Made by a program: the position numbers and the translations under genes. A DNA stretch of 64,000 nucleotides from Longimicrobiales bacterium. Its GTDB lineage: Bacteria; Gemmatimonadota; Gemmatimonadetes; Longimicrobiales; Gaopeijiaceae. The notes beneath the pieces are model-generated. The model worked only from the letters and a program-made list of their open reading frames with translations, was not told where the DNA came from and ran no database searches. Below are positions 27,495 to 38,145 of the stretch, piece after piece; positions within the stretch are counted from its first letter, which is position 1; each line of letters starts with the position of its first letter. The stretch is taken from positions 4,608,001-4,672,000 of the forward strand of contig OZ250165.1 of the NCBI GenBank assembly GCA_965238005.1. The letters run 5' to 3'.

Positions 27495-29165
27495 TTACTC
27501 CCCGCCGGCCCTCCCCTTCCGCGGGATCCGCCCGTCCCTCATGGCCGCGTGGTACACGAACGTGGCCATGATGACGGCGTTCTTCATCAGGTCCTCGATG
27601 GGGATGGTGTCGAAGAAGTCCAGGTTGGTGTGACCGCCGGTGCCGCCCACTCGGGCCTGTAGGAACTGGAACCCCGGAAGGCCGACAGCATCGAACGGCA
27701 CGTGGTCGGTGCTACCCCTATTCTGTACCGAGATGGTCGTCATCCCCATATCCCTGAGCGGCTCCATCCACGACGCGAACGTCTGGCGGACGTGCTCATT
27801 CCCCTGTAGGAAGATCCCGCGGTACTGCCCGGGCCCGTAGTCCTGGTTGAAGTACACGGAGAACTTCTCGTACTCGGGAGTGACGCCCACCGAGGGGTCA
27901 TCGGGATCGCCGAAGTGCTTCTTCACGTACGCGCGGGAGCCGTAGAGGCCCTGCTCCTCGCCCGACCACAGGGCGACGCGAACCGTGCGCCGCGGCGCGG
28001 CGCCCACGGCCCGGAGGATGCGCACGGCCTCGAGCATCACCGCCACGCCCGACGTGTTGTCGCTGGCGTTGGGGCTGGCGTGCCAGGTGTCGAAGTGAGC
28101 GCCCAGCATCACGACCTCGTCCGCGAGGTCGGTACCGGGGATCTCGCCCAGCACGTTGTTCGCCTGCCTCACCGTGTCACCGTGACGGTTCTGGACCTCG
28201 ACCTCGATGGTCACGGGGATGTCTCGTTTGAGGATGCGGTACATCCGGTTGTAGTGCTCGGGCGTCACGGCGACGTTGGGCACGGAGGAGAGCGTCACGT
28301 CCCGCGCCCAGAGGTCGACCCTGGCGCCCGGACGGGCGAAGCCCCGGACCGCTCCCGGCCAGCCGCTCCGGGACTCCAGGACCACGGCGACATCCTCGGC
28401 CACGAAGAAGGCCAGCCGCTCCTCGGCCGTGAGCACGTCCGGGTTCCGCGGCGGATCCGGATACAGGCGAGAGAAGTAGGGGTCCGGGCCCGCCGCCGGC
28501 AGCACCACGTCCTCCTCCAGCGCCCACAGCTCCCGGTCCGTCCGTCGTGGAGTACCCGTGGCGAATCGCGTCAGGTCGATCCTGGGCGGAGGGGTCCCAA
28601 GCACCGCCATCCCGCGGAGCCGACCCCGGTATCGCTCGAGGTCCTGCCTCGTCTGAACGTCGGCGATCACGACCTGGAGCCGCTGCTTCCCGTCCGTGCC
28701 TGGCGTGTGCGCGATCGGGTAGCCGACCATGGGCGTGTAGTCCGGCTCCATGAGGTGCAGGGAGACGTACTCGTTGTCCCAGCTCACCCCGTAGTCCATG
28801 AACGGCTCGCGGACCGTGTTGACCAGCCCGATCCGCTCCATCTCGCCCAGGACCCACTCCTGCGCGCGCTCCATGTCACGGGAGTTCGTGAGACGTGCGC
28901 CCAGCACGTCGGTCAAGTAGGAGAAGGTGTTCGCGAGCTGGGAACGCTGGAGCCCCTCCTCGCGGATGCGGGCCACCATCTGCAGGTCGACCGGGTGCGG
29001 CGTGATGGCGCGGGTCCGCTCTGGGATGGCCTCACGGGCCGACGACTGCGCCTCGGCTTGCGGGGCGATGATGAGCGAGACCCCTAAGAGGCCGGCCGAG
29101 ACGAGCCCGCGTCGGGTGGTGCGGCGAACGAGCGCCAGCCGGGTAGTGCGTTTGCTTGGATTCAT
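27495..29165 (-). CDS. Exported M28 peptidase (carboxypeptidase Q-like)
   Basis: GAHFDTW, ASDNTSG, WSGEEQGLYGS, NQD, STDHVPF, HTNLD. Confidence 0.92.
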   Translation of the reverse strand: MNPSKRTTRLALVRRTTRRGLVSAGLLGVSLIIAPQAEAQSSAREAIPERTRAITPHPVDLQMVARIREEGLQRSQLANTFSYLTDVLGARLTNSRDMERAQEWVLGEMERIGLVNTVREPFMDYGVSWDNEYVSLHLMEPDYTPMVGYPIAHTPGTDGKQRLQVVIADVQTRQDLERYRGRLRGMAVLGTPPPRIDLTRFATGTPRRTDRELWALEEDVVLPAAGPDPYFSRLYPDPPRNPDVLTAEERLAFFVAEDVAVVLESRSGWPGAVRGFARPGARVDLWARDVTLSSVPNVAVTPEHYNRMYRILKRDIPVTIEVEVQNRHGDTVRQANNVLGEIPGTDLADEVVMLGAHFDTWHASPNASDNTSGVAVMLEAVRILRAVGAAPRRTVRVALWSGEEQGLYGSRAYVKKHFGDPDDPSVGVTPEYEKFSVYFNQDYGPGQYRGIFLQGNEHVRQTFASWMEPLRDMGMTTISVQNRGSTDHVPFDAVGLPGFQFLQARVGGTGGHTNLDFFDTIPIEDLMKNAVIMATFVYHAAMRDGRIPRKGRAGGE

Positions 29166-29193
29166 GGCCCGAAGACTCCGTTCTGGGGATCCG

Positions 29194-29264
29194 CCTACGT
29201 ATCACTTCCGATATCCGGATACGTATCTCTTCGGTATCAGGATACGTATCACGTCCGGTGTCCG
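29194..29264. repeat. Three degenerate 23-24-bp tandem units with a (GA)TACGTATC core
   Basis: cctacgtatcacttccgatatccg / gatacgtatctcttcggtatcag / gatacgtatcacgtccggtgtccg, in a divergent intergenic region. Confidence 0.85.
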
Positions 29265-29425
29265 GCCCGCGCCTCATCCGGGGTCCCTCTTGCGGCCAGG
29301 GTGCTCGAATGATTCTAGGGCGCCAACGGCCTCTGTGCACGAGGCTGCGAGTTACTTCTATACTATTTGTATCCACGCTTGCCTTTCTGCTTGTCCCACG
29401 ATTCGCGAAGACCCGAGGGCGGCCC

Positions 29426-30013
29426 ATGACCACAACGCCGGCGGACTCGTCCGACAGCGGGCCTCTTAGCACCGACGAGCGCGAGACGCTCCGGATTGCC
29501 AACGAGCGTCTGAACAAGCAGATCCTCGGCGCGGCGAAGGTCGCGACATTCAACGCGTGGACCCTCGCCGTCTTCGGAGGTCTGTCCGTGATGGCCGGGG
29601 TGTTCAGCCTCACCGGTCTGGTGGTCGGCGCGGGGCTGCTCGCCTTCGCCTGGAACGAGTTCCGGGGCCGCAGTCTTCTCCGGAAGCTCGATCTCGAGGG
29701 GCCCAAGGTCCTGGCGTGGAACCAGATCGCCCTGGCCGGTGGCGTCCTCGTATACTGCGCGTGGAGCTCCTATCGGGCTTGGGCGGATCACGGGGACGAG
29801 CTCGCCCAGTTCGAGGCCGCACTGGGCGTCTCCGCCCGGGATGTGGCGCTCCTGGCGATCTTGATCTACGCCATCGTCTTCGTGGTGACGGCGGTCGTGC
29901 TGGGCTTCACCGCCCGCTACCACCTTGTGCGCGAGCGGCGCCTCGAACAGTACCTTGGGGAAACGCCGGCGTGGGTCGTCGCCATCCAGCGGTCGATGTC
30001 GCCGCTCGCCTAG
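29426..30013 (+). CDS. Hypothetical membrane protein (about 4 TM)
   Basis: ATG at 29426 after GAGG; hydrophobic helices. Confidence 0.75.
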   Translation: MTTTPADSSDSGPLSTDERETLRIANERLNKQILGAAKVATFNAWTLAVFGGLSVMAGVFSLTGLVVGAGLLAFAWNEFRGRSLLRKLDLEGPKVLAWNQIALAGGVLVYCAWSSYRAWADHGDELAQFEAALGVSARDVALLAILIYAIVFVVTAVVLGFTARYHLVRERRLEQYLGETPAWVVAIQRSMSPLA

Positions 30014-30053
30014 AGCTCGTCTCGCTGCCCTCTCTCGCGTGCCTGGCCCGCCT

Positions 30054-32917
30054 CTACGCCGGGGGCTTGAGCGTTCCGGTCAGGTTGTAGTTCGCCGGAT
30101 GCCGCATTCCATCTCCATCCGGTGGGTCCTGCTGCTTTGGGAGAACGGAGTTCGTGGAATCGTAGACGAGCATTCCGTTGATTCCGGTGACCCGGCCTTC
30201 CCCATCCAGGACCGGCGTTCCCATGAATGTCACCAGCGTGTTGTCGAAGCCGGCGGCGCGCCCCGAACCCGTCGTGTTGAAGCTTCCATCCGCCCCCACG
30301 GAGCCGGTCGTTTTGATCCACAGGACCGAGCCGCTGGTGAACTCGATCATTCCACCGGGGAGGAGTTGGGCCATGATCATGGTGACGTTGCCGAGCTGGA
30401 TGAACTCCTCATGTCCGTTCGGATCGCCACCTTCCTTTACGGTGATTGCGACATTGAAGCCGAACTTGCAGAGCTCTCCATCGGCGCCCTTCGCGAGGCC
30501 GTCGGTAATGGTTGGTGTCGTTCCTTTGATGGGTATCAGGCCGTTCGTGCCGGCGGCACCCCCTATCGACTTCTCCGGTGCTCCGTCTCCCCCGTCTCCC
30601 CCATTCCCGGCGTCCTCCACGAGGAGATCTCCAGGCGTACCCGAGAGTTCTGCGTTCGCCCCGCCCAGGCCCCCGTCACCGTTCCCGCCAGTGAGCGTTC
30701 CTCCCGGTCCCCCGTTTCCGCCCCGCTCAAGCAGGAAGTTGTCCATGCAGGGCTCCCAGCCCATTCCGCCGTTCCCGCCCACGAACCGTGCGAGGCCACC
30801 ATTCCCCGGCGTCCCCGGCGGTCGGGCACCAAAGGACAAGGACAGTACCGTTCCTCCGGTTCCCCCGCGCACAAACATGTCTGGACCCATGGCGCCGATG
30901 GGAACTCTTTGCTGCCTTTGCCGCCATCCCCTCCGCTCCCGAGGGCGTCTCCGCCGTTCCCGGCCCTAGGCTCACTGAACGTCAGGGTGAATCCTTGTGC
31001 GTTCGGAGTGGGATCAATATTTGGCTGATGAACGATCCCGGCGGGCCCACCGACCGCGCTAAGGTTCCCTCCTTTCGTCGCCGCTGCGGAGGTGGTCGCA
31101 TCGTCCCCGAACTCGCCGAGCGCTCGTGCTGTACCCCCGTTTCCGCTAACGCCTCGGACATTAAGCAGAGTGCCTGAGCCTACCCCCCCGGCCGTTGGGG
31201 TCATCTCTAGGATCCCCCCATCCCCTCCGGGTCCCCCGGTCGCGTTCGCTGGGTCTCCCTCGGAGAAGGCATCGCCACCTTTACCGCCATCTCCAGTGGA
31301 GAGGGTATTGTGATTTTCGACGGTTATTGTGCCGCTCCGGCTCGCGATTCTGATGTTGCCGCCCGATGCTCCCGCTCCCCCGGTTGCACTTCCAATAGGG
31401 TTGGTAGCTTTCCCACCCATCCCTCCGTCTCCTGCAGTGAACGTGGTGCCCAGGAGGCTGAGTTCCCCCATACACCGGACGGTGATGTTCCCACCTGGGC
31501 GTCCGTCTTTGCCGACCGCAGCGCTGGGGGCCCCATCCAGACCGTCGTTCCTGTTGATCCCGGCCCCGGAGGCCCGGAAGGTGCAGTGCTAGGTAGCGTC
31601 ATTGGTCTGCGCCGTCGAGTTCCCAAGCAGTGCCGGAGACAGAACGGCCCCCAGCGAGGCGAGAGCAGCCAGATCATTCCTGAGAGTGATGTCTCCCGTA
31701 CTCGTGAGCACGGCCCCGTCGAAGGTCACGGTGCCGCCGCCCACGATCGTAAGGCCCGGCGACTCCTCGCCCACGAGGCCGGCGCAGTCGTTGTTCACGA
31801 CTCCGGTGACCACCACCGTCGCCGACCCGTTGACCGTTATGGGGACGCAGTCGCCCATGATGGCTCCATCGATCTGCACGTTCCCGCTGGCGTTGATCGT
31901 CAGTGGGCCCGTGGCCGTGATCGTCACTCCGACCGGGATCATCACCTCGGCCACGTTGAGCGTGCCCCCCACGTCCTGATCGCCCGTGGGCTCGAACGGC
32001 TGAGGCACCAGGATCACCGTCACCGCGGAGGTGCCCGTCGCGTTGCCGCTCGTGGCCGTGATCGTCGCCGTACCCTCCGCCACGCCCGTCGCCAGCCCCG
32101 TGGCGCTCACCGTGGCCACGGTTGCGTCCGACGACGTCCATCCCACCTCGGCCCCGGCGATCGCGTTGCCGTTCGCGTCGCTCACCGTGGCGGTCAGCTG
32201 CTGCGTCAGCCCGATCGCCACCGTCGGAGCAGCAGGCGTCACCGCCACCGCGGCCGCTACCTGCTGCACCACTACCGCCGCCGTGCCCGAGAGCGCGTCG
32301 CTCGTCGCCGTGATCGTCGCGTTGCCGTTCGCCACCGCGGTCACCAGCCCCGTCACGTCCACGCTGGCCAGCGTACCGTCCGACGTCATCCACGTGAACG
32401 TGCCACCGGCCACCGCGTTGCCGTTCGCGTCGACCAGTTGAGCGCTAAGCTGTGAGGTAGCCCCAAAGGCGTTCAGGTTCACCGTGGCCGGCGTGACCGA
32501 CACGCCCGCAGGATCACCCGCGACCGCGGTCGCCGTGAACACGAGCGGCGACAGGTTCGGGATGGTCGCGGTCACCGTCTGCTGGCCCGCCGTGGTGCCC
32601 AAGGTCCATGTCGTCGACGCACTGCCGTCCACTCCCGTGGTCGACGAGGCCGGGTTCACCGAGCCCCCGCCCGTCGTCGCCGCCCAGGTGATCGTCACGC
32701 CGGCCAGCACGTTGCCGTTCTGGTCCGAGATGATCACCGTAATGCTCGTCGGCAGCACCGTGCCCGCCAAGGCCGTCTGGCCGTCTCCCGAGCTCGAGGC
32801 CCCCGTGGGCACCAGGGCGGGAGGCGGTTCCGTGCCGCCGTCGCCCCCACAGGAGGCCACGAGAACGGTGAGCAGGAAGACTTGGAGAGCGTTTACGGCA
32901 CCGGAGGGGACGCGCAT
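30054..32917 (-). pseudogene. Surface lipoprotein with Big_1/Big_2 Ig-like domains and a Gly-rich region; nonsense codon plus frameshift
   Basis: Lipobox LVASC and WTSSDATVATVSATG repeats. An in-frame TAG at 31589-31591 is followed by an open frame into ORF 31471. A frameshift near 30900 links to ORF 30890-30054. Confidence 0.8.
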
Positions 32918-33043
32918 GGATCGGCTCGCTGATCTGAAGATGAGTGGCCTGCGGGAGGCGCCGAGATCGCCAGGTCGCCGACGCACCCGCCTATCCATTC
33001 TTGGCAGCCCAGGCTGTTGGCCGCAAGCGGGGAGGCTAAAACG

Positions 33044-33826
33044 CTACTCTGCCTTCAGGCACTCCACCACATCCACGCTCGCCGCCCGCCGCGCGGGCTT
33101 GAGCACGGCCAGCATGGCCGCGGCGACCAGGGCGAACGACGCCATCGCGAAGGCGGTGGGATCGAAGGGCGCCACCTCGTAGAGGGATCGTTCGAGCAGA
33201 CGCACGAGCCCCACGCTCCCCGCCAGCCCCAGGAACAGTCCAACCACCGCGATGCCCAGACCCTGCCTCAGGACCAGCACGTAAATCGAGCCGGGATGTG
33301 CGCCGACAGCCACTCGGACGCCGAGCTCGCGGGTCCGCCGACCCACGGACTGGGCGAGGCTGCCGTACAAGCCGATCGCCGCGAGCAGCAGAGCGATGGC
33401 CGCGAAGCGCCCGAGGAGAACCGCGTTGAAGCGCGGACCCGTCCGCACCTCCCGGATGCGGCTGGTCAGCGGGCCCATCCGCTGAACGGGCAGGAACGTG
33501 GAGAACCGTGCGGCGGCCTCCACCCCCTGCCGTACCTCCGTCATCCAGTCCCCCATCCCGCCGCCTCCCTCTCCCCTCCAGGTTCGCCGTGGGTCATAGG
33601 ACCCGTCTCGCTCGTTCCTCAGTCGCAGCCTGAAAGCACCCGGCATCCACCAACGCAGCAGGGACGCGAGCACGTTCAGGAGGTATGCGAGCTCTGCGCC
33701 CGCCCGGGAGCCTCCCCCCTCGAGGCGCTCACGGTACTCCTCGGTCAGGTCCCCCGTCAGAAACTCGGCGCCAACTCCGCGAATCAGCGCAGCGAGGGGT
33801 CGTGCCAGGGGAAGTCGGCCTCTCAC
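33044..33826 (-). pseudogene. ADOP/MacB-type ABC permease with a large in-frame internal deletion
   Basis: The permease-prefix N-terminus (GDLTEEY...MGDWMTEVRQGV) joins directly near 33520 to the last FtsX domain (RRTRELGVRVAVGA...PARRAASVD); only 260 aa. Confidence 0.8.
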
Positions 33827-34185
33827 AGCCTGGTCTCGGCCTCCGTGGCCTCCTCGAGCCGACGATCGAGTCGGCCCAGCAGACCCTTCGACATGGACCG
33901 GAAGATTCGCACGGCCTCGCCCAAGGCCTCCAGGCCCGTCGGCTCGAGTCGGTAGAGACGCTTGCGACGTCCCCCGCGCTCCGATGTCGGATCACCCACC
34001 CACGACTGCACCAAACCCTGGTCCCGGAGCCGATCCAGGGCCGTGTAGACGGCTCCGGACGACACGGGTCGCCCCGTCCGCTCCTCGATGGCCCGGCGGA
34101 TCGACACGCCGTAGGCCTCCTTGTTCTCTAGCTGGAGGAGCGCGAAAAGGATGGACTGCTCGAATTCGCCGAGGGTCTTGGGCAT
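33823..34185 (-). CDS. PadR family transcriptional regulator
   Basis: LGEFEQ, AYGVSI, SSGAVYTALDRL, ERGGRRKRLY; overlaps the permease start. Confidence 0.93.
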   Translation of the reverse strand: MPKTLGEFEQSILFALLQLENKEAYGVSIRRAIEERTGRPVSSGAVYTALDRLRDQGLVQSWVGDPTSERGGRRKRLYRLEPTGLEALGEAVRIFRSMSKGLLGRLDRRLEEATEAETRL

Positions 34186-34330
34186 GGCCTCGCCGGCTAA
34201 GGACTACAGTGCAGCATAAATCGACGAAATATTAGTGTCACAACGTAGGACTTTTGTCAATGGCGGTTGGCACCTCACCCCACCCCGGTCACGATCTAGC
34301 GCTTGAGGTCGGCGCCACCCATAGTGGTCC

Positions 34331-35380
34331 ATGATGCCCGAGCACCCGCGAATCCTCTCGTTGGCCACCGCATACCCGCCGCATGTCCTCGAACAGCAAC
34401 GGGTCGTCGAGGCGGCGGGAGAGATCTTCTCCGGCGACTTCTCCGACTTCGGGCGTCTCGTGCCCATCTTCGAGAACACCGGCATCGAGACCCGGCACTC
34501 TTGCGTGCCGCTGGAGTGGTACGTCGAACCGCACGACTTCGCCGAGCGGAACCGGATCTATCTGGAGAACGCCGTGGCACTCCTGCGGCAGGCCTCCAGC
34601 GACTGCCTGCGGGAGGCGGGGCTGTCCGCCGGCGACATCGACATGATCGTGACGGTCTCCAGCTCAGGGATCGCCACGCCCAGCCTGGACGCGCTCCTCA
34701 TGGCGGAGATGCCCTTCCGCCGCGACGTGGGCCGGCTGCCGATTTTCGGGCTGGGCTGCGCGGGCGGTATCCTTGGGCTGTCGCGGGCGGCGGCCCTCTC
34801 CAGGGCCCAGCCGGGCGCGCGGATCCTGTTCCTGGTGGTGGAGCTGTGCGCCCTGACCTTCCGCCATGGCGACCGTTCGAAGAGTAACGTCGTGGCGACC
34901 GCGCTCTTCGGCGACGGAGCCGGCGGCGCCATCCTCTCGAGCGAGGGCGACGGGCCTTCGATCACCGCCTGGGGCGAGCACTGCTTTCCCGACTCGCTGG
35001 GGGTGATGGGCTGGGACGTGCGGAACGACGGGCTGGCCGTGCTCTTCTCACGCCACATCCCCAGCATCGTCCGGGACGAGATGGGACCGGTGGTGCGTGA
35101 GTTCCTGAGGAAGCACGGTGTCGGGCTGGCGGACGTCTCGAGGTTTCTCTGTCACCCGGGCGGTGCCAAGGTGATCGACGCCTTGGAGGCGATCTTCGAG
35201 CTGCCCGAAGGCGGATTGGCCGATAGCCGCGCCGTCCTCCGCGAGCACGGCAACATGTCGGCCGCCACGGTGATGTTCGTGCTCGAGCGCGCTCTGAACG
35301 ACGGAGCCCAGGGACACCTATTGCTGTCCTCGTTGGGCCCGGGGTTCACGGCCGCATTCGCGCTCATCGACGCTCCCTAG
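34331..35380 (+). CDS. Type III polyketide synthase
   Basis: Cys-His-Asn triad in GLGCAGG, CHPGG and HGNMS; ALFGDGA; LGPGF. Confidence 0.95.
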   Translation: MMPEHPRILSLATAYPPHVLEQQRVVEAAGEIFSGDFSDFGRLVPIFENTGIETRHSCVPLEWYVEPHDFAERNRIYLENAVALLRQASSDCLREAGLSAGDIDMIVTVSSSGIATPSLDALLMAEMPFRRDVGRLPIFGLGCAGGILGLSRAAALSRAQPGARILFLVVELCALTFRHGDRSKSNVVATALFGDGAGGAILSSEGDGPSITAWGEHCFPDSLGVMGWDVRNDGLAVLFSRHIPSIVRDEMGPVVREFLRKHGVGLADVSRFLCHPGGAKVIDALEAIFELPEGGLADSRAVLREHGNMSAATVMFVLERALNDGAQGHLLLSSLGPGFTAAFALIDAP

Positions 35381-35381
35381 C

Positions 35382-35894
35382 GTGGGGGTCGTCGAGTGGG
35401 TGGTGGCTCTGGTGGTGCTCCAGCGGCTGGTAGAGCTGGCCCGGTCGCGGCGGAACGAGCGAGCGTTGCTGGCCCGGGGCGGGGTGGAGGTCGGCGCCCG
35501 GCACCACCCGCTCCTGGTCCTGCTCCACACGAGCTGGCTGCTGGCCATACTGGCGTTCGCGCCGCGTGACGCCCTGAGCCTCGGACTGCTCGGGGCGTTC
35601 GTGGTTCTACAGGCGCTGCGCGTGTGTATGATCGCCACCCTGGGCCCTTACTGGACGACGCGGGTGATCACCGTGGCCGACGCCCCCCTCGTCCGGACCG
35701 GGCCCTACCGTTGGCTACGGCACCCCAACTACTGGATCGTGGTGGGCGAGATCGCCCTGCTTCCGGCGGCCTTCGGCGCCTATGCAGTCGCCGTGGTGTT
35801 CTCGGTCCTCAACGCCGTCCTTCTGTTGCACCGGGTTCGCGTCGAGGAGGCGGCGCTCGCGCCGCGGCGAAAAGCGACCATCAGGAGCGTCTGA
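35382..35894 (+). CDS. Isoprenylcysteine carboxyl methyltransferase family protein (SrsB/BpsB-like)
   Basis: QRLVEL..SRRN, LGPYWTTRV, GPYRWLRHPNY, RVRVEE; 1 bp after the PKS stop. Confidence 0.92.
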   Translation: MGVVEWVVALVVLQRLVELARSRRNERALLARGGVEVGARHHPLLVLLHTSWLLAILAFAPRDALSLGLLGAFVVLQALRVCMIATLGPYWTTRVITVADAPLVRTGPYRWLRHPNYWIVVGEIALLPAAFGAYAVAVVFSVLNAVLLLHRVRVEEAALAPRRKATIRSV

Positions 35895-36005
35895 AGGATC
35901 GCAGGGGGCTCGTTTCATCGACTACCCACCTTCAACAGGGCTTCCGTGCGTAACGGAGAACGAAGGCGGGGTCGGGCGATCCGACCTCCCCGTAGACCTT
36001 AAGAC

Positions 36006-38018
36006 CTACGGCAGCTTGAGCGCGGCCAGCATGTTCGGGATCTGCACCACGATGTGCTGCTTGCCCTCGTGCATGAAGGTGCTCAGGCCGTAGCGGGGAT
36101 TGCCCGGCAGCTCGACCTGGGCGAGGCGCTCGCCCGTGGCCTTGTTCACGGCGTAGAGGTAGGGCGTGCCGTCGCTGCCGTTACCCGTATGGATGAGCAG
36201 GGTCTTCGTCACGATCTGAGCGGCCTGCTGTCCGGTTCCCGTGTTGGGGATGTCCATACCCCGGAGCGCCGAGCTGTTCAGCACGATGTCGGGCGTGTCC
36301 CCCACCGGGATCCACCAGAGATGCTCTCCGGTGTTCATGTCGATGGCGGTGATCTTGCTGTACGGCGGCTTGAAGATCGGCATACCCCGGATGCGCCCGA
36401 ATGCAGCGGCGCCACCCACCGCGAACGCGTTGATCGTGGTGCCCGTGGGCTGGTCCTCCCGGGCGTCCCTCTCCTCGCCCGGAACCATGATCCGCGACGA
36501 GCACCCCTTCTTCGACGTCACGTACAGGATCCCCGTCTCCGGGTCCGCCGCCGGCGTGCCGTCGATGTTCGTCCCGCCCACGTCCCCGGGGCACCAGATC
36601 GACGCCGTCTTGCCGAGGTCGTTGTCCCGGTGGAGCGGCGGCGTGAAAAGGGGTCCGTAGACGAAGTCGTCCAGGATCTCCAGCGCCTGCGCCCTGAGCT
36701 CCGGCGTGAAGTCGATGAGATCGTCCGCGGTGAGCCCCTGCATGTCGTAGGCAGCCGGCTTGGTCGGGAACGGCTGCGTAGGCGACAGATGCTCGCCGGG
36801 CATGAGCGCCTCAGGCACCGGCCGCTCCTCGATGGGCCAGATGGGCTCACCCGTCTCCCGGTTGAAGGCGTAAGCAAACGCCTGCTTGGTGACCTGCACC
36901 ACCGCCGGGATCTCCTCCCTGTCCACCGTCACGTCCATGAGGACCGGAACGGTGGGGGTGTCGTAGTTCCAGATGTCGTGATGGACCAACTGATAGTGCC
37001 ACACCCGTTCACCGGTCTTCACGTCCAGCGCGATGAGGCTCGTGCTGAACAGGTTGTCGCCGGGCCGGAAGCCTCCCCAGAAGTCGGCCGTGGCGCCGTT
37101 CGTCGGGATGTAGACGATCCCGCGCTCGTAGTCGGCCGAGAGCGGTGCCCAGGACGAGATGTCGCCGGTCCACTCCCAGGCGTCGTTCTCCCACGTCTCG
37201 TGCCCGAACTCACCGGGGCCCGGAAGAACGTCAAACTTCCAGAGGTGCTCACCGGTCCGGGCGTCGTACGCCAGGATGTCGCCCGGGACCATCTCCTGCC
37301 GGGACTGGTTATAGCCCTGTTCGGCGGAGTTCCCCACAATGATCACGCCGTTGACCACGATGGCCGGCGAGGAGCTGGTGATGTAGCCGAGCTCCAGCGG
37401 GATCCCCTCGACCACGTCATAGGGATGACCCAGGTCGGCCAGGAGATCCACTGTGCCCGTCTCCGGGAAGCCGTCGATGGGAATGCCGCTGCCGAAGCCC
37501 TCGATGGGCTCACCCGTGTCGGCGTCCAAGGCATGCAGGAAGAAGGCGGGGGTCACCACATAGACCACGTCCCTTCCGTCGATCTTCCCGTAGGCGACTC
37601 CCTTCCCGTGGTTCTTCCGCATGGAGTACTCCCACCGGAAGGTGGGGGGCTCCACAAAGGTCCAGATCGTCTCTCCCGTGGAGGCGTCGATGGCCACCAC
37701 GTGCCGGCGCTCGCCCGCCACGGTGATGAGCTTGCCGTTCACATAGATGGGCGTGGACCGGGCGTTCACGTTCGGGAAGTCCGAGCCGTCCCACGTCCAC
37801 GCCACCTCGAGGTCCGCGAAGTTCTCCGCGTTGATCTGGTCCAGGGGGGAATACCTCTGGCCCGAGCCGTTGCCCGTGATGTACACCCAGTCCCCCTCGT
37901 GGGGAGCACCGGCGGGTCCCTGGGTGTCTGCACACCCCACGGCCACTAGGGCGCAGAGTGTCATGACGAGCCAGGCTCCGACGGAGGTAGGTCTCGAGGA
38001 AGGACGCTCTCTGCTCAT
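36006..38018 (-). CDS. PQQ-dependent dehydrogenase (quinoprotein glucose dehydrogenase-like), lipoprotein
   Basis: RYSPLDQIN, WHYQLVHHDIWNYD, GEPIWPIEERPVP, KPPYSKITAID; lipobox AVGC. Confidence 0.92.
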   Translation of the reverse strand: MSRERPSSRPTSVGAWLVMTLCALVAVGCADTQGPAGAPHEGDWVYITGNGSGQRYSPLDQINAENFADLEVAWTWDGSDFPNVNARSTPIYVNGKLITVAGERRHVVAIDASTGETIWTFVEPPTFRWEYSMRKNHGKGVAYGKIDGRDVVYVVTPAFFLHALDADTGEPIEGFGSGIPIDGFPETGTVDLLADLGHPYDVVEGIPLELGYITSSSPAIVVNGVIIVGNSAEQGYNQSRQEMVPGDILAYDARTGEHLWKFDVLPGPGEFGHETWENDAWEWTGDISSWAPLSADYERGIVYIPTNGATADFWGGFRPGDNLFSTSLIALDVKTGERVWHYQLVHHDIWNYDTPTVPVLMDVTVDREEIPAVVQVTKQAFAYAFNRETGEPIWPIEERPVPEALMPGEHLSPTQPFPTKPAAYDMQGLTADDLIDFTPELRAQALEILDDFVYGPLFTPPLHRDNDLGKTASIWCPGDVGGTNIDGTPAADPETGILYVTSKKGCSSRIMVPGEERDAREDQPTGTTINAFAVGGAAAFGRIRGMPIFKPPYSKITAIDMNTGEHLWWIPVGDTPDIVLNSSALRGMDIPNTGTGQQAAQIVTKTLLIHTGNGSDGTPYLYAVNKATGERLAQVELPGNPRYGLSTFMHEGKQHIVVQIPNMLAALKLP

Positions 38019-38145
38019 GTGAAGCTCTCCACTGCATGCGATGCTGAAAAGGCCTCAGGGGTGGCATCATGGGCCGGGCGCCCCAGATCACGCCAGAAGG
38101 TTCTTGCGCGGCAAGCAAGCCGGTCGATCCGATACCGCCCCACCG

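Noticed and set aside
29194..29264. CRISPR-like mini array
   Set aside because: The units are contiguous and degenerate, with no unique spacers and no cas genes.
36054..37949. Long antisense ORFs (e.g. 36054-37949, 18619-20139, 7494-8957, 51443-53014, 60185-61633)
   Set aside because: They are shadow ORFs opposite well-supported genes, expected in high-GC DNA, and carry no recognisable motifs.
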